Source: an uncultured Gaiellales bacterium (GTDB lineage: Bacteria > Actinomycetota > Thermoleophilia > RBG-16-64-13). Taken from it: 64,000 bases of DNA. A program made the position numbers and the translations under genes. Below, one piece after another: positions 18,335 to 38,010 of this stretch. Position 1 is the first letter of the stretch, and the number at the start of each line of letters is the position of its first letter. Below the pieces are notes generated by a model. The model did no database searches. It was not told the origin of the DNA and was given only the letters and a program-made list of their open reading frames with translations. The stretch lies in contig CAYNPL010000007.1 of the NCBI GenBank assembly GCA_964399135.1, positions 26,014 to 90,013 of the forward strand, given 5' to 3'.

Positions 18335-18721
18335 ATGGCAAAGACCGTGAGTGACAAATCAGTGGCTGCGACCAAGGCGCCGGCCCCGGCGGCGAAAGCC
18401 CCTGCGCCGGCCTCTTCCTCGCTGCCCGCCAAGGCCCCGGCCAAGAAGTCCACCGGCCTCAAGAACCCGTTCTCTCGTTCGAGCTCGCCCGCCAAGACGG
18501 GCACCGCCCCGCGCGGGGCGGTGAGCGCCAAGCCGGTAGGCCGCATCCGCACGTTCTTGCGGGAAGTGCGGATCGAGATGAGCAAGGTCACCTGGCCGCC
18601 GCGCAAGGAGTTGATCACCGCCACCGGCGTGGTCATCGTCGCGGTCATCATAGCCGGGGTCTACATCGGCGTGCTCGACTTCATCTGGCAGATCATCGTG
18701 CGCGCGGTGGGGCTGGGCTAG
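18335..18721 (+). CDS. secE: Preprotein translocase subunit SecE with long Ala/Pro/Lys-rich N-terminal extension
   Basis: C-terminal VRIEMSKVTWPPRKELITATGVVIVAVIIAGVYIGVLDF is the SecE TM core. The ORF-track start at 18275 lies inside tRNA-Trp, so ATG 18335 (MAKTVSDK...) was chosen. Confidence 0.8.
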   Translation: MAKTVSDKSVAATKAPAPAAKAPAPASSSLPAKAPAKKSTGLKNPFSRSSSPAKTGTAPRGAVSAKPVGRIRTFLREVRIEMSKVTWPPRKELITATGVVIVAVIIAGVYIGVLDFIWQIIVRAVGLG

Positions 18722-18724
18722 GCT

Positions 18725-19288
18725 GTGGACGAGACTTCCGGCAACAAAGGAGCCGTCGACTCCCTCGATGCCAAGTGGTACGTCATCAACACGTACTCCG
18801 GGCACGAGAACAAGGCGCGCACCAACCTGGAGCACCGCATCCAGTCGATGAATCAGGCCCAGTACTTCGCCGAGATAGTCGTCCCCACCGAGCAGGTGGT
18901 CGAGACCAAGGGCGGTGAGAAGGTCCAGGTGGAGAAGCGCATCTTCCCCGGCTACCTGCTGGTCAAGATGATCCTCACCGACGACTCTTGGTCGCTGGTC
19001 AAGAACACCCCGGGTGTCACCGGGTTCGTGGGCTCCGAGAACAAGCCCACCCCGCTCATGCCCTCGGAGGTCGACCGCATCCTCCACACCACCACCGTCG
19101 AGAAGCCCAAGGCCAAGGCGGAGTTCGTGGTGGGCGACCAGGTGCGGGTGGTGAGCGGGCCCCTTACCGATTTCACCGGCGAGGTCTCCGAAGTCAACAT
19201 CGAACAGAGCAAGCTCAAGGTCATGGTGTCCATCTTCGGGAGGGACACGCCGACCGAGCTGGGCTTCGAGCAGGTCAAGAAGATCTAG
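18725..19288 (+). CDS. nusG: Transcription termination/antitermination factor NusG
   Basis: [24 protein letters not shown]...[29 protein letters not shown]...[23 protein letters not shown] is nearly collinear with mycobacterial NusG. GTG start. Confidence 0.9.
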   Translation: MDETSGNKGAVDSLDAKWYVINTYSGHENKARTNLEHRIQSMNQAQYFAEIVVPTEQVVETKGGEKVQVEKRIFPGYLLVKMILTDDSWSLVKNTPGVTGFVGSENKPTPLMPSEVDRILHTTTVEKPKAKAEFVVGDQVRVVSGPLTDFTGEVSEVNIEQSKLKVMVSIFGRDTPTELGFEQVKKI

Positions 19289-19332
19289 GGTCGCTCAGAC
19301 CGCGGATCCCTATAGAGAGACGGAGAACCAAG

Positions 19333-19758
19333 GTGGCGAAGAAGGTACGGGCGATAGTCAAGCTGCAGATCGTGGGGGGCAAGGCCAACCCGGCTCCTCC
19401 CGTGGGCCCTGCCCTGGGCCAGCACGGCGTCAACATCATGGAGTTCTGCAAGGCCTACAACGCGGCCACCCAGGACAAGATCGACCAGGTGGTGCCGGTC
19501 GAGCTGACGGTCTACGAAGACCGCTCCTTCAGTTTCGTGCTCAAGACCGCCCCCGCGGCCGTTCTCATCCGCAACGCCGCCGGCATCGCCAAGGGCGCGG
19601 CCAACCCGCGCAAAGAGAAGGTGGGCAAGATCACGCGCGACCAGCTCCGGCAGATCGCCGAGGTCAAGATGCCCGACCTCAACGCCAACGACATCGACGC
19701 CGCCATGAACATCCTGGCGGGCACCGCCCGCAGCATGGGGGTCACGGTCGTCGACTGA
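19333..19758 (+). CDS. rplK: 50S ribosomal protein L11
   Basis: (M)[42 protein letters not shown]... with GTG start at 19333. The listed ORF 18988-19758 is an upstream in-frame extension. Confidence 0.9.
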   Translation: MAKKVRAIVKLQIVGGKANPAPPVGPALGQHGVNIMEFCKAYNAATQDKIDQVVPVELTVYEDRSFSFVLKTAPAAVLIRNAAGIAKGAANPRKEKVGKITRDQLRQIAEVKMPDLNANDIDAAMNILAGTARSMGVTVVD

Positions 19759-19896
19759 CCCACGGTGACACGCCGGCGCGGCGGCCTGGGGGCCGGCCGC
19801 GCCGCGCAAACAGACCCGGCGGGGCGCTCAACCCTCAGGCCGGGACGGAAGGTGGGAGGGCCACGGGGCCCGCTTGACCACCAGGAGGTATGAGAC

Positions 19897-20610
19897 ATGA
19901 GCAGGGATTCCAAACGCTACCAGGAAGCCAAGAAGGCCATCGAGCCCGGGCGCTTCTACACTCCTCTCGAGGCGGCCAAGCTGCTCAAGAGCCTGGAGAC
20001 CGCCAACTTCGACGAGACCGTCGAGGTCCACATCAAGCTGGGGGTCAACCCCCGCCACGCCGACCAGCAGGTGCGCGGCACCGTCATGCTGCCCCACGGC
20101 ACCGGCAAAACCGTCCGGGTGGCCGTGTTCGCCAAGGGCGAGAAGGCCACCGAGGCCGAAGCGGCGGGTGCCGACATCGTGGGCGCGGAGGATCTGGCCG
20201 CCCGGGTGGAGGGCGGCATGCTCGACTTCGACGCCGCCATCGCCACCCCCGACATGATGGGCGTGGTGGGCAAGCTGGGCCGGGTGCTCGGCCCCCGCGG
20301 GCTCATGCCCAACCCCAAGGCCGGCACCGTCACCTTCGACGTGGGCAAAGCCGTACAGGACATGAAGGCCGGCAAGGTGGAATACCGCACCGATAAGTTC
20401 GGGGTGGTCCATCTCATTGTCGGCAAGAAATCGTTCGACGCCGAGAAGCTGGTGGGCAACTACAGCGAGGTGCTGGGCGAGATCGTGCGGGCGAAACCGG
20501 CGGCCGCCAAAGGCAAGTACCTGCGCTCCATCACCATGACCACCACCATGGGTCCCGGCGTCCCCCTGGATACCTCCAAGACCCGGGCGCTGCTGGAGGA
20601 GGAGGCCTAG
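19897..20610 (+). CDS. rplA: 50S ribosomal protein L1
   Basis: [31 protein letters not shown]..., canonical L1 length, follows rplK. Confidence 0.9.
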   Translation: MSRDSKRYQEAKKAIEPGRFYTPLEAAKLLKSLETANFDETVEVHIKLGVNPRHADQQVRGTVMLPHGTGKTVRVAVFAKGEKATEAEAAGADIVGAEDLAARVEGGMLDFDAAIATPDMMGVVGKLGRVLGPRGLMPNPKAGTVTFDVGKAVQDMKAGKVEYRTDKFGVVHLIVGKKSFDAEKLVGNYSEVLGEIVRAKPAAAKGKYLRSITMTTTMGPGVPLDTSKTRALLEEEA

Positions 20611-20904
20611 GCGCCTCCGGTCTTTCTGCCGGCCTGCGATCTTTGCGGCCGCCGGGCCCCGCGCGCGGGGCCCGGCGGCCGTGCTATACTGCCCCGCGCA
20701 AACCCGCCCAAGACAGCTGGTGCCGCCCAGGCGGCAGAAGCGGAGCGGCGGAGAGCCCGCCCCGGTCCCTCGGGGCAGGTTCCCGCAGCGGCCCGCCAGC
20801 CGAGGCAGAGCGTGAGCGACATGACGGCCGCACGGCATGCAGTGTCATCGTCCGCCTCTGCTGTCAGAGGCGGACGATTCTTGTTGAAGGAGGTGACACA
20901 CAGT
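20611..20904 (+). promoter_or_regulatory. rplJ leader region (candidate L10(L12)4 autoregulatory leader / promoter of rplJL-rpoBC)
   Basis: 294-bp untranslated gap before rplJ, GC-rich and structured. A long leader at this position is conserved and regulatory in other bacteria (established knowledge). The structure itself was not verified. Confidence 0.35.
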
Positions 20905-21429
20905 ATGCCGAAACCGAACAAAGTCGACGCCGTCAAGGAGATCACCGCCGATCTCAAGGCCACCGATGTCTACCTCTTCGTAGACTACCGGGGCCTGACC
21001 TTCGCGGAGGCCACCGAGTTGCGCAGCCGTCTCCGGAAGGCCGACGCCAGCCTCAAGGTGGTCAAGAACACGCTGGCCAAGATCGCGGCGGCCGATGCGG
21101 GGGTGGAAGGCCTGGACGAGCTGCTCCAGGGTCCCACCGCCATCGTCTACTGCCACGGCGATCCCGTCCGGGCCGCGAAGGTGGTCCAAGACTTCATCAA
21201 GGAGAAGAAGAAAGCCGCCGTCCGGGGCGGCAAGCTGCAGAGCGCGCTGCTGAAGGCGGGGGAGGTCGAAGCCCTGGCCGCCATGCCCAGTCGCGAGCAA
21301 CTCATCGCCCAAGTGGTCGGCGCCATCGCCGCGCCGTTGACCGGTCTGGTGAACGTCTTGAACGGTCCCATCCGAGGCCTGGTGGTCGTTCTGGCGCAGG
21401 CCGAGGAGAAGAAAGCAAGCGCCGCCTGA
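20905..21429 (+). CDS. rplJ: 50S ribosomal protein L10
   Basis: MPKPNKVDAVKEITADLKATDVYLFVDYRGLTFAEATELRSRLRKA.... ATG 20905 preceded by GAAGGAGGTG. The ORF-track start at 20812 is an upstream extension. Confidence 0.9.
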   Translation: MPKPNKVDAVKEITADLKATDVYLFVDYRGLTFAEATELRSRLRKADASLKVVKNTLAKIAAADAGVEGLDELLQGPTAIVYCHGDPVRAAKVVQDFIKEKKKAAVRGGKLQSALLKAGEVEALAAMPSREQLIAQVVGAIAAPLTGLVNVLNGPIRGLVVVLAQAEEKKASAA

Positions 21430-21506
21430 TCCGGCGCCCGCGGGCGTCCGGCGCAAGAACCCGGCGCAGAATCGTCACTCGAGAAGTACGAAGGAGCTGA
21501 ACCGAA

Positions 21507-21887
21507 ATGACCCCGCAAGAGATCGTTGAAGAGATCAAGAAGATGACCGTGCTCGACCTCTCCGCCCTGGTCAAGGCGCTGGAAGAGGAGTTCGGCGTGA
21601 GCGCCGCTATGCCGATGGCCGTCGCCGCCGCTCCGGCCGGTGGGGCCGCGGCCGCCGCCGTGGAGGAAGAGGAGCAAACCGAGTTCGACGTCATCCTCAA
21701 GGCGGCCGGCGAGAAGAAGATCAACGTGATCAAGGAAGTCCGTGCCATCACCGGTCTGGGTCTCAAAGAGGCCAAAGACCTGGTCGACGGCGCCCCCAAC
21801 CCGGTCAAGCAGGCCATCCCCAAGGCCGAAGCCGAAGAGATCAAGAAGAAGCTGGAAGAAGCCGGCGCCGAGGTGGAGGTCAAGTAG
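21507..21887 (+). CDS. rplL: 50S ribosomal protein L7/L12
   Basis: [33 protein letters not shown]...Ala-rich hinge...[27 protein letters not shown]... Confidence 0.95.
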   Translation: MTPQEIVEEIKKMTVLDLSALVKALEEEFGVSAAMPMAVAAAPAGGAAAAAVEEEEQTEFDVILKAAGEKKINVIKEVRAITGLGLKEAKDLVDGAPNPVKQAIPKAEAEEIKKKLEEAGAEVEVK

Positions 21888-21893
21888 TACCCG

Positions 21894-21937
21894 CCGCCGC
21901 CGGAACCGGGGCGTCCCCGCCCCGGTTCCGGCGGCGG
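21894..21937 (+). terminator. rplL-rpoB intergenic attenuator-like hairpin (18-bp GC stem, no U-tract)
   Basis: Perfect inverted repeat ccgccgccggaaccgggg (21894-21911) / ccccggttccggcggcgg (21920-21937) with 8-nt loop, 7 nt after the rplL stop. Confidence 0.5.
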
Positions 21938-21987
21938 AAGGCAGGCCCGGTCTCCCGCAGACTCCTCGCGGAGTCCAGGAGGCCGGG

Positions 21988-22016
21988 CTTGCCGTGCATT
22001 AACCAATGTGTTATCT
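21988..22016 (+). promoter_or_regulatory. Candidate internal promoter before rpoB: TTGCCG-17-TATCTT followed by GCACGTT
   Basis: Hexamers read directly. Shares the motif TATC(A/T)TGCACGTT with the tRNA-Tyr promoter candidate. Confidence 0.35.
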
Positions 22017-22074
22017 TGCACGTTTGCGCGTTGACCCCTGTTCAAAACCCCGGCCATGTGAGGAGTGATCCCCT

Positions 22075-25860
<3,786 letters not shown>

Positions 25861-25869
25861 GAGCCTTCC

Positions 25870-30186
<4,317 letters not shown>

Positions 30187-30201
30187 GGGGTCCGCGCAGC
30201 C

Positions 30202-30230
30202 GCCCATCTGCTTGCAGGCGTAGCCCGGAG
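30202..30230 (+). promoter_or_regulatory. Candidate promoter of rpsL-rpsG-fusA-tuf (str) operon: TTGCAG-17-TATACT
   Basis: Near-consensus hexamers with 17-nt spacer, in the 156-bp gap after rpoC. Confidence 0.45.
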
Positions 30231-30342
30231 TTGTTATACTTCGCGGCCGCTGCGCGACCGGGCGCATGCTTTTTGCATGCCCACGCGCGGCGGTGGAGGA
30301 CAAAGACGGCAAGCATCAGCGAGTAACGAACGAGGAGCATTT

Positions 30343-30714
30343 GTGCCGACGATCAACCAGTTGATCCGCAAGGGCAGGCAGGAACAGTCCAAGAGGACCA
30401 AGACCCCGGCCCTCAAAGGTGCGCCGCAGAAGCGAGGCGTGTGCACCCGCGTGTACACCACCACGCCCAAGAAGCCCAACTCGGCCCTGCGGAAGGTGGC
30501 GCGCGTGCGGCTGGTCAACGGGATGGAAGTCACCGCCTACATCCCCGGCATCGGGCACAACCTTCAGGAACACTCGGTCGTGCTCATCCGGGGAGGCAGG
30601 GTCAAGGACCTGCCCGGCGTCCGCTACAAGATCATCCGCGCGGCTCTCGATGCTGCCGGAGTGGCCAACCGCAAGCAGGGCCGCTCCAAGTACGGCGTCA
30701 AGCTGGGCAAGTAG
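30343..30714 (+). CDS. rpsL: 30S ribosomal protein S12
   Basis: (M)[56 protein letters not shown].... GTG start with GAGGAG RBS. The ORF-track start at 30277 is an extension. Confidence 0.9.
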   Translation: MPTINQLIRKGRQEQSKRTKTPALKGAPQKRGVCTRVYTTTPKKPNSALRKVARVRLVNGMEVTAYIPGIGHNLQEHSVVLIRGGRVKDLPGVRYKIIRAALDAAGVANRKQGRSKYGVKLGK

Positions 30715-30738
30715 GGGAGAGGAAGGCGCAGCAGAGCC

Positions 30739-31209
30739 ATGTCGAGACGAGTCAAGGCAGCCAAGCGGGACATCCAGCCCGACCCCATCTACCGCAGCCG
30801 TCTGGTCACCCAGATCGTCAACCGTATGATGGTCGACGGCAAGAAGTCCACGGCCGAGCACATCATGTACGACGCCATGAACATACTGCGCGAGCGCACC
30901 GGCAACGATCCGGCCGGCGTGCTCAAAGAAGCGGTCGAGAACGTGCGCCCGGCCCTCGAAGTGCGGTCCCGCCGGGTCGGGGGCGCCAACTACCAGGTGC
31001 CGGTCGAGGTCCCCACCCGCCGCTCGTACACCCTCGCCGTGCGGTGGATCATCACGCACAGCCGGGCCCGCCGCGAGCACAGCATGGCCGAGCGCTTGGC
31101 CGGTGAGCTGCTCGACGGCTACAACCGCACCGGCGTCACCATGAAGAAGAAGGAAGATCTCCTCCGCATGGCCGAGGCCAACCGGGCCTTCGCCCACTAC
31201 CGCTGGTAG
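30739..31209 (+). CDS. rpsG: 30S ribosomal protein S7
   Basis: [47 protein letters not shown]... Confidence 0.95.
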   Translation: MSRRVKAAKRDIQPDPIYRSRLVTQIVNRMMVDGKKSTAEHIMYDAMNILRERTGNDPAGVLKEAVENVRPALEVRSRRVGGANYQVPVEVPTRRSYTLAVRWIITHSRARREHSMAERLAGELLDGYNRTGVTMKKKEDLLRMAEANRAFAHYRW

Positions 31210-31242
31210 GGCGGACCAGACCACAGGACCAGAAAGCAGCAC

Positions 31243-33372
31243 GTGGCACAGGCGACAGCAAATAGATCCGACGCGAAGACGGCCCAGCGGCATCCGCTGG
31301 CCATGGTCCGCAACATCGGCATCATGGCTCACATCGATGCCGGCAAGACCACGACCACCGAGCGGATCCTCTACTACACCGGCCGCACCTACAAGATCGG
31401 CGAGGTGCACGACGGCGCCGCCGTGATGGACTGGATGGCCCAAGAGCAGGAGCGGGGCATCACCATCACCTCGGCGGCCACCACCTGCGAATGGCGTGAT
31501 CATCGCATCAACATCATAGACACGCCCGGGCACGTGGACTTCACTATGGAGGTCGAGCGTTCCCTGCGCGTGCTTGACGGCGCTATCGCGCTGTTCTGCT
31601 CCGTGGCCGGGGTGGAGCCTCAGTCCGAGACGGTGTGGCGCCAGGCCGACAAGTACCGGGTGCCCCGCATCGCCTTCGTCAACAAGATGGACCGGGTGGG
31701 CGCCGACTTCATGCGTGGGGTGCAGATGATGGTCGACCGTCTGCACGCCCGGCCTATCGTGATCCAGTTGCCCCTGGGGCGGGAGGACCAGTTCCGGGGG
31801 GTCATCGACCTGGTGCGCATGGTGGCCTACGTCTATGACGACGAGATGGGGGTGGAGTGGGACGAGGTCCCTATCCCCGCCGAGATGCGGGAAAGGGCTG
31901 AGATCGAGCGCACCCACATGATCGAACTGCTGGCCGAGCGCGACGACCACCTCATGATGGACTATCTCGAGGGGGAAGAGATCTCGGAAGCGCGGCTGAA
32001 GGCCGCCATCCGCCAAGCCACCCTCGACATCGAACTCACCCCCGTGCTCTGCGGGTCGTCATTCAAGAACAAGGGCGTGCAGATGCTGCTCGACGCTATC
32101 GTCGACTACCTGCCCTCGCCGCTCGATGTGCCGCCGGTGGAAGGCGTCAATCCCAAGAACGGGGCCGTCATCACCCGCCAAGCCGCCGACGACGAGCCCT
32201 TCTCGGCCATCGCCTTCAAGATCATGTCCGATCCCTTCGTGGGCAAGCTCACCTACTTCCGGGTGTACTCGGGCACGCTCAAGGCCGGGTCGTATGTGTA
32301 CAACTCGAGCAAGGACAAGAAAGAACGGGTAGGCCGCATCCTGCAGATGCATGCCAACCACCGGGAGGACATCACCCAGGTCTTCGCCGGCGATATCGCG
32401 GCGGCGGTGGGCCTCAAGGGCACCACCACCGGTGACACCCTGTGCGACGCCGACGCGGCCATCCTGCTCGAGTCCATCGAGTTCCCCGAGCCGGTGATCT
32501 TCGTGGCCATCGAGCCCAAGACCAAGGCCGACCAGGACCGCCTCTCCGAGAGCCTGATGAAGCTGGCTGAAGAAGACCCCACCTTCCGGGTGCGCACCGA
32601 CGAAGAGACCGGCCAGACGATCATCGCCGGCATGGGCGAGCTGCACCTTGAGATCATTGTCGACCGCCTGCTGCGCGAGTTCCGAGTGGACGCCAACGTG
32701 GGTCGCCCGCAGGTGGCCTACCGGGAGGGCATCACCAAGGCCGTGCCCAAAGCGGAGGGCCGCTTCGTCCGCCAGACCGGCGGCCGTGGCCAGTACGGCC
32801 ATGTGGTCATCAAGATGGAGCCCAACCAGTTCGGGGCGGGCTTCACCTTCGAGAACAAGATCGTGGGGGGTGCCATCCCCAAGGAATACATCCCCGCCAT
32901 CCAGGCGGGCATGCATGAGGCCATGGAGACCGGCGTCCTGGCCGGGTTCCCGGTGGAGGACGTGAAGGTGGAGCTCATCGACGGGTCGTTCCATGAGGTC
33001 GACTCCTCCGAGATGGCCTTCAAGATCGCCGGCTCGCTGGCCTTCCGGGAAGCGGCCAAGAAGGCCCACCCCGTGCTGCTCGAGCCCATCGAAGACGTCG
33101 AGGTGGTCGTGCCCGAAGAGTACATGGGCGACGTGATGGGCGATCTCAACTCCCGCCGCGGTCACATCGAGGGCATTGAGCCCCGGGCGGGGGCCCAGGT
33201 CATCCGGGCCCGGGTGCCGCTGGCGACGATGTTCGGGTATGCTACCGACCTGCGCTCCATGTCGCAGGGCCGGGCGACGTACACCATGCAATTCAGTCAC
33301 TACGCTGAGGTGCCCAGCACCATCGCGCAGGAAATAATCGCCCAGCAGGGCGGACGGGTAACGAGCGACTGA
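31243..33372 (+). CDS. fusA: Elongation factor G
   Basis: [53 protein letters not shown].... Nearly collinear with M. tuberculosis FusA, including its ~20-aa N-terminal lead. GTG start. Confidence 0.95.
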   Translation: MAQATANRSDAKTAQRHPLAMVRNIGIMAHIDAGKTTTTERILYYTGRTYKIGEVHDGAAVMDWMAQEQERGITITSAATTCEWRDHRINIIDTPGHVDFTMEVERSLRVLDGAIALFCSVAGVEPQSETVWRQADKYRVPRIAFVNKMDRVGADFMRGVQMMVDRLHARPIVIQLPLGREDQFRGVIDLVRMVAYVYDDEMGVEWDEVPIPAEMRERAEIERTHMIELLAERDDHLMMDYLEGEEISEARLKAAIRQATLDIELTPVLCGSSFKNKGVQMLLDAIVDYLPSPLDVPPVEGVNPKNGAVITRQAADDEPFSAIAFKIMSDPFVGKLTYFRVYSGTLKAGSYVYNSSKDKKERVGRILQMHANHREDITQVFAGDIAAAVGLKGTTTGDTLCDADAAILLESIEFPEPVIFVAIEPKTKADQDRLSESLMKLAEEDPTFRVRTDEETGQTIIAGMGELHLEIIVDRLLREFRVDANVGRPQVAYREGITKAVPKAEGRFVRQTGGRGQYGHVVIKMEPNQFGAGFTFENKIVGGAIPKEYIPAIQAGMHEAMETGVLAGFPVEDVKVELIDGSFHEVDSSEMAFKIAGSLAFREAAKKAHPVLLEPIEDVEVVVPEEYMGDVMGDLNSRRGHIEGIEPRAGAQVIRARVPLATMFGYATDLRSMSQGRATYTMQFSHYAEVPSTIAQEIIAQQGGRVTSD

Positions 33373-33443
33373 CCGACAAGGGAAACCGGCCGCCTGGCTG
33401 CGGTGGCCGCCTGAGAGACTCAGGTAGAAAGGGAGGAACCGTA

Positions 33444-34649
33444 ATGGCGAAGCAGAAGTTTGCACGGACCAAACCGCACGTCAACGTGGGCACCATCGGC
33501 CACATCGACCATGGCAAGACCACGCTCACCGCGGCCATCACCAAGTGCCTGCACAACATCAACCCCAACGTCGAGTTTCGCAGTTTCGACTCCATCGACA
33601 ACGCCCCTGAAGAGCGCGAGCGCGGCATCACCATCGCCACCGCCCACGTCGAGTACGAGACCGAGAAGCGGCACTACGCCCACGTCGACTGCCCGGGGCA
33701 CGCCGACTACATCAAGAACATGATCACCGGCGCCGCTCAGATGGACGGGGCCATCCTGGTCGTGTCCGCCGCCGACGGTCCCATGCCCCAGACCCGTGAG
33801 CACATCCTGCTCGCTCGCCAGGTGGGTGTCCCCTTCATCGTCGTCTATCTGAACAAGGCCGACATGGTCGACGACCCCGAGCTGCTCGAGCTGGTCGAGA
33901 TGGAAGTGCGGGAGCTGCTGACCGAGTACGAGTTCCCGGGCGACGAGATCCCGGTGGTGGTCGGCTCCGCCCTGCAGGCGCTCGAGCACGGCTGCGGCGA
34001 CCGCGAGTGCTCGTCCTGCAAGTCCATCTTCGAGCTGGCCGATGCCATCGACAACTACATCCCCGAGCCTGTGCGGGCCATCGACAAGCCCTTCCTCATG
34101 CCGATCGAGGACGTGTTCAGCATCCAGGGCCGCGGTACCGTGGTCACCGGGCGCGTGGAGCGCGGTGTGGTCAAGGTGGGCGACCAGGTGGAGATCGTGG
34201 GCCTGCATCCCGAGAGCACCAAGACCGTGGCCACCGGCGTCGAGATGTTCCGCAAGCTGCTCGACGAAGGCCGCGCCGGCGACAACATCGGCGTGCTGCT
34301 CCGCGGCACCAAGCGGGACGAGGTGGAGCGCGGCATGGTCCTCGCGGCCCCCGGCAGCATCACCCCGCACACCGAGTTCGAGGCTCAGGTCTACGTCCTG
34401 TCCCGTGAAGAAGGTGGCCGTCATACCCCGTTCTTCAACGGGTATCGTCCGCAGTTCTACTTCCGCACCACCGACGTGACCGGCGACGTCACCCTGGCGG
34501 AGGGCGTGGAGATGGTCATGCCGGGCGACCACACCACCATCAAGGCCAAGCTCATCACCCCCATCGCCATGGACGAGGGTCTCCGCTTCGCCATCCGTGA
34601 GGGCGGCCGCACGGTCGGTTCCGGCGCCGTTACCAAGATCATCAAGTAG
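33444..34649 (+). CDS. tuf: Elongation factor Tu (with unusual Cys-rich insert [13 protein letters not shown])
   Basis: [34 protein letters not shown]... Confidence 0.95.
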   Translation: MAKQKFARTKPHVNVGTIGHIDHGKTTLTAAITKCLHNINPNVEFRSFDSIDNAPEERERGITIATAHVEYETEKRHYAHVDCPGHADYIKNMITGAAQMDGAILVVSAADGPMPQTREHILLARQVGVPFIVVYLNKADMVDDPELLELVEMEVRELLTEYEFPGDEIPVVVGSALQALEHGCGDRECSSCKSIFELADAIDNYIPEPVRAIDKPFLMPIEDVFSIQGRGTVVTGRVERGVVKVGDQVEIVGLHPESTKTVATGVEMFRKLLDEGRAGDNIGVLLRGTKRDEVERGMVLAAPGSITPHTEFEAQVYVLSREEGGRHTPFFNGYRPQFYFRTTDVTGDVTLAEGVEMVMPGDHTTIKAKLITPIAMDEGLRFAIREGGRTVGSGAVTKIIK

Positions 34650-34667
34650 GAGTCGCTCGGTGGCGCA

Positions 34668-34968
34668 ACAGAAGATACGTATCAGGCTCAAGGCCTACGA
34701 TCACGAGCTCGTGGACAAGAGCGCGCGGAGCATCGTCGAGACGGCCGAGCGCACCGGCGCCACCATCTCGGGGCCGGTCCCGCTGCCCACGGAGAAGAAC
34801 GTCTACTGCGTGATCCGCAGCCCGTTCAAGGACAAGGACTCGCGGGAGCATTTCGAGATCAGGACGCACAAGCGCCTCATCGACATCCATCAGCCCACCC
34901 CCAAGACGGTGGACTCGCTGATGCGGATGGACCTTCCCGCGGGCGTCGACATTGAGATCAAGTTGTGA
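34668..34968 (+). CDS. rpsJ: 30S ribosomal protein S10
   Basis: (M)[45 protein letters not shown].... GTG start. The ORF-track start at 34597 would overlap tuf. Confidence 0.9.
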
Positions 34969-35585
34969 TGAAGACGCTTCTAGGGACAAAGCTGGGCATG
35001 ACCCAGTTCTTCAGAGACGACGGCACCGTCGTCCGCTGCACCGTCATCCAGGCCGGGCCCTGCGTGGTCACCCAGAAGAAGACGGTGGAGAAGGACGGCT
35101 ACGCCGCCACCCAGATCGCCTATGGTGACGTCAAGGCCAAACGCCTCAACAAGCCCCTTCTGGGCCACCTCAAGAAGGCAGGGGTCAGCGGTCCCCTCGT
35201 CAAGCGGCACCTCATCGAGGTGCGCGGCGAGGACGAGCTGGCGGTCGGCGACGCCGTCACCGTCGAGGTGTTCGCGGTCGGCGACGAGGTCAAAGTGACG
35301 GGCGTCAGCAAGGGCAAGGGCTTCCAGGGCGTCATGAAGCGGCACGGGTTTGCCGGTGGTCCCGGCTACCACGGCGCCCACTTCCATCGGGCCCCCGGCT
35401 CTATCGGGGCGTCGGCCGATCCCTCCCGGGTCTTCCCGGGTTCCCGGTTGCCGGGGCAGATGGGCAATGTGCGAGTGACACAGACCGGTCTTACCGTGGT
35501 TGCGACAGACCCCGACAAGAACCTGGTGCTGGTCAAGGGCGCGGTCCCGGGGAGCAGAGGCTCCCTGGTCGTGATCAGAGGTTAG
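34965..35585 (+). CDS. rplC: 50S ribosomal protein L3
   Basis: [38 protein letters not shown].... Start GTG 34965 or ATG 34968, overlapping the rpsJ stop. Confidence 0.9.
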   Translation: MMKTLLGTKLGMTQFFRDDGTVVRCTVIQAGPCVVTQKKTVEKDGYAATQIAYGDVKAKRLNKPLLGHLKKAGVSGPLVKRHLIEVRGEDELAVGDAVTVEVFAVGDEVKVTGVSKGKGFQGVMKRHGFAGGPGYHGAHFHRAPGSIGASADPSRVFPGSRLPGQMGNVRVTQTGLTVVATDPDKNLVLVKGAVPGSRGSLVVIRG

Positions 35586-35589
35586 ACCT

Positions 35590-36228
35590 ATGCCAGTGAT
35601 AGACAAGATCGACGAGAACGGCACGGTCGTCGGGCAGCACGAGCTGGCCGAAGACCTGGTGCAGGACCAGATCAACGTGGGCCTGCTGCATCAGGTGGTC
35701 ACGGCCGAGTTGGCCGGGCACCGGCAGGGCACCGCCGCCGCCAAGACCAGGGGCGAGGTGGCGGGCACCACCGCGAAGCAGTGGAGGCAGAAAGGCACGG
35801 GCCGGGCCCGCGTGGGCTCCGGCAAAGTAGCGCACTTCACCGGCGGCGGCGTGGCCTTCCCTCCCATCCCGCGCAGCTATGCCCAGAAGGTCAACAAGAA
35901 AGTCAGGGCGGCCGCGTTCCGCATGGCTCTGGCCGACCTCGTGGCCGGCGGGACCGTGCGCGTACTCTCGGGCGCCTCCTGGGACGAACCCTCCACCAAG
36001 AAGGCCGCCACCATCCTTGACAAGGCCGGGATGGACCGCCCCCTGCTGGTGCTGGTGGGCGGGGACGAGCTCAACGCTCTCAAGAGCTTCCGCAACTTGG
36101 CGGGCACCCGGGCTCTGGCCGTGGGTGACGCCGAGGTGCAGGACTATGTCTGGGCCAAGAGCCTCCTTTTCACCGATGCCGCCGTGTCCTTCCTGGAGGG
36201 CGGTCTGAGCGAAGGTGGTGAGTCCTGA
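35590..36228 (+). CDS. rplD: 50S ribosomal protein L4
   Basis: Conserved L4 core, S10-operon position. Confidence 0.9.
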   Translation: MPVIDKIDENGTVVGQHELAEDLVQDQINVGLLHQVVTAELAGHRQGTAAAKTRGEVAGTTAKQWRQKGTGRARVGSGKVAHFTGGGVAFPPIPRSYAQKVNKKVRAAAFRMALADLVAGGTVRVLSGASWDEPSTKKAATILDKAGMDRPLLVLVGGDELNALKSFRNLAGTRALAVGDAEVQDYVWAKSLLFTDAAVSFLEGGLSEGGES

Positions 36229-36512
36229 TGGATGCGCGGGAGATCATCATCCGGCCCATCGTCTCGGAGAAGAGCTACCGGGCCATCGACACCAACCGGT
36301 ATTCGTTCGAAGTCAACTACCGGGCTACCAAGCCCCACATCCGGGCCGCGGTGGAGGAGATCTTCAAGGTCAAGGTCATCGGCGTGCAGACCATCAACGT
36401 CAAGCCGAAACCCAAGCGCCGGGGCGCCCACGTGGGCACCACCCGGCGTTGGAAGAAGGCGGTAGTGGAGCTGGCTCCGGGCAACCGGATCGAGTTCTTC
36501 GGCGCGACTTAA
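36228..36512 (+). CDS. rplW: 50S ribosomal protein L23
   Basis: MDAREIIIRPIVSEKSYRAIDTNRYSFEVNYRATKPHIRAAVEEIFKVKV... Confidence 0.9.
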   Translation: MDAREIIIRPIVSEKSYRAIDTNRYSFEVNYRATKPHIRAAVEEIFKVKVIGVQTINVKPKPKRRGAHVGTTRRWKKAVVELAPGNRIEFFGAT

Positions 36513-36536
36513 GACTAGGGGAGCGGTAAGAGAGAT

Positions 36537-37370
36537 ATGGCGATAAAGAAGTACAAGCCGACTTCTCCCGGACGCAGGTTCGCGACCACGCCTGCCTTCG
36601 ATGAGATCACGAGGACCGAACCGGAGAAGTCCCTCACCGTACCGGTGAAGCGCAAGGGCGGCCGCAACAACTACGGCCGCATCACCACCCGCCATCAGGG
36701 CGGGGGTCACAAGCGCCTCTACCGGATCATCGATTTCAAGCGCGACAAGGACGGCGTGCCGGGTCGGGTCGACTCCATCGAGTACGATCCCAATCGCAGC
36801 TGCCGTATCGCGCTCGTGGTATACGCCGACGGCGACAAGCGCTACATCCTGGCTCCCAACAAGCTGGCGGTTGGCGCCACCATCGAAGCCGGACCGACGG
36901 CCGATATCCGGGTGGGGTGCGCTCTTCCGCTGCGCAACATCCCGGTGGGGACCGTGGTCCACAATGTGGAGCTCTACAAGGGCAAGGGCGGGCAGATCGC
37001 CCGTTCAGCCGGGTGTTCCGCCCAGGTCATGGCCAAGGAGGGCGATTACGCCATCCTCCGCCTGCCCTCGGGCGAGATGCGCATGATCCACCTGGAGTGC
37101 CGGGCCACCGTGGGCGAGATCGGCAACGCCGAGCACGAGAACCTCACCACCGGCAAGGCCGGCCGCAAGCGCTGGATGGGTGTCCGTCCCGGCGTCCGCG
37201 GCACCACCATGAACCCGGTGGACCATCCGCACGGCGGGGGAGAGGGCTCCACGCCTCCCGGCCGCAACCCGGTGACTCCGTGGGGCGTGCCCACCCTGGG
37301 GCATAAGACCCGCAGCAAGAAGAAACCTTCGAGCAAGTACATCATCAGGCGAGCTGGGAAGGGGAGGTAG
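36537..37370 (+). CDS. rplB: 50S ribosomal protein L2
   Basis: [33 protein letters not shown]... Confidence 0.95.
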   Translation: MAIKKYKPTSPGRRFATTPAFDEITRTEPEKSLTVPVKRKGGRNNYGRITTRHQGGGHKRLYRIIDFKRDKDGVPGRVDSIEYDPNRSCRIALVVYADGDKRYILAPNKLAVGATIEAGPTADIRVGCALPLRNIPVGTVVHNVELYKGKGGQIARSAGCSAQVMAKEGDYAILRLPSGEMRMIHLECRATVGEIGNAEHENLTTGKAGRKRWMGVRPGVRGTTMNPVDHPHGGGEGSTPPGRNPVTPWGVPTLGHKTRSKKKPSSKYIIRRAGKGR

Positions 37371-37379
37371 TACAGCACC

Positions 37380-37664
37380 GTGGCACGTTCAAGCAAGAAA
37401 GCTCCCTTCGTCGAAGAGCGGCTGATGAAACGGGTCGAGGCCATGAACGAGACCGGCGAGAAGCGCATGCTCAAGACCTGGTCCCGGGCCTCCACCATCT
37501 ATCCCGAGATGATCGGGCACACCATCGCGGTGCACGACGGCCGCAAGCATGTGCCCATCTATGTCACCGAGAGCATGGTGGGACACCGGCTGGGCGAGTT
37601 CGCGCTGACCCGGACCTTCCGCGGCCATGGCGGCAACAAAGAGCGCCGCATGAAGAGGAAGTGA
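37380..37664 (+). CDS. rpsS: 30S ribosomal protein S19
   Basis: [62 protein letters not shown].... GTG start. Confidence 0.9.
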   Translation: MARSSKKAPFVEERLMKRVEAMNETGEKRMLKTWSRASTIYPEMIGHTIAVHDGRKHVPIYVTESMVGHRLGEFALTRTFRGHGGNKERRMKRK

Positions 37665-37668
37665 CGGC

Positions 37669-38007
37669 ATGGTCAACGCGACAGCCAAATACGTGCGGGT
37701 CTCTCCCCGCAAGGCCGGCGACATGGCCCGGCTCATCCGGGGCAAGAAGGTGACCGAGGCCAAGGCCATCCTCGCGCTCAGCCCCCGGGCGGCCGCCAAG
37801 CTGGTGGGCAAGGTCCTCGACTCGGCGGTGGCCAACGCCGAGAACAACAACGACATGAGCGCCGACGACCTCTACGTCGTGCAGGCGTACGTGAACGGCG
37901 GCCCCACCATCAAGCGGTTCCGGCCGCGGGCGATGGGGCGGGCCAGCCGTATTCGCAAGAGGACCAGTCACATCACGGTGTGCGTCGACGAGAAGAAGGA
38001 GTCGTAG
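37669..38007 (+). CDS. rplV: 50S ribosomal protein L22
   Basis: [39 protein letters not shown]... Confidence 0.9.
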   Translation: MVNATAKYVRVSPRKAGDMARLIRGKKVTEAKAILALSPRAAAKLVGKVLDSAVANAENNNDMSADDLYVVQAYVNGGPTIKRFRPRAMGRASRIRKRTSHITVCVDEKKES

Positions 38008-38010
38008 CAG

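Noticed and set aside
18988-19758. 256-aa ORF starting inside nusG
   Set aside because: Only the segment from GTG 19333 matches L11. The upstream extension overlaps the nusG coding sequence.
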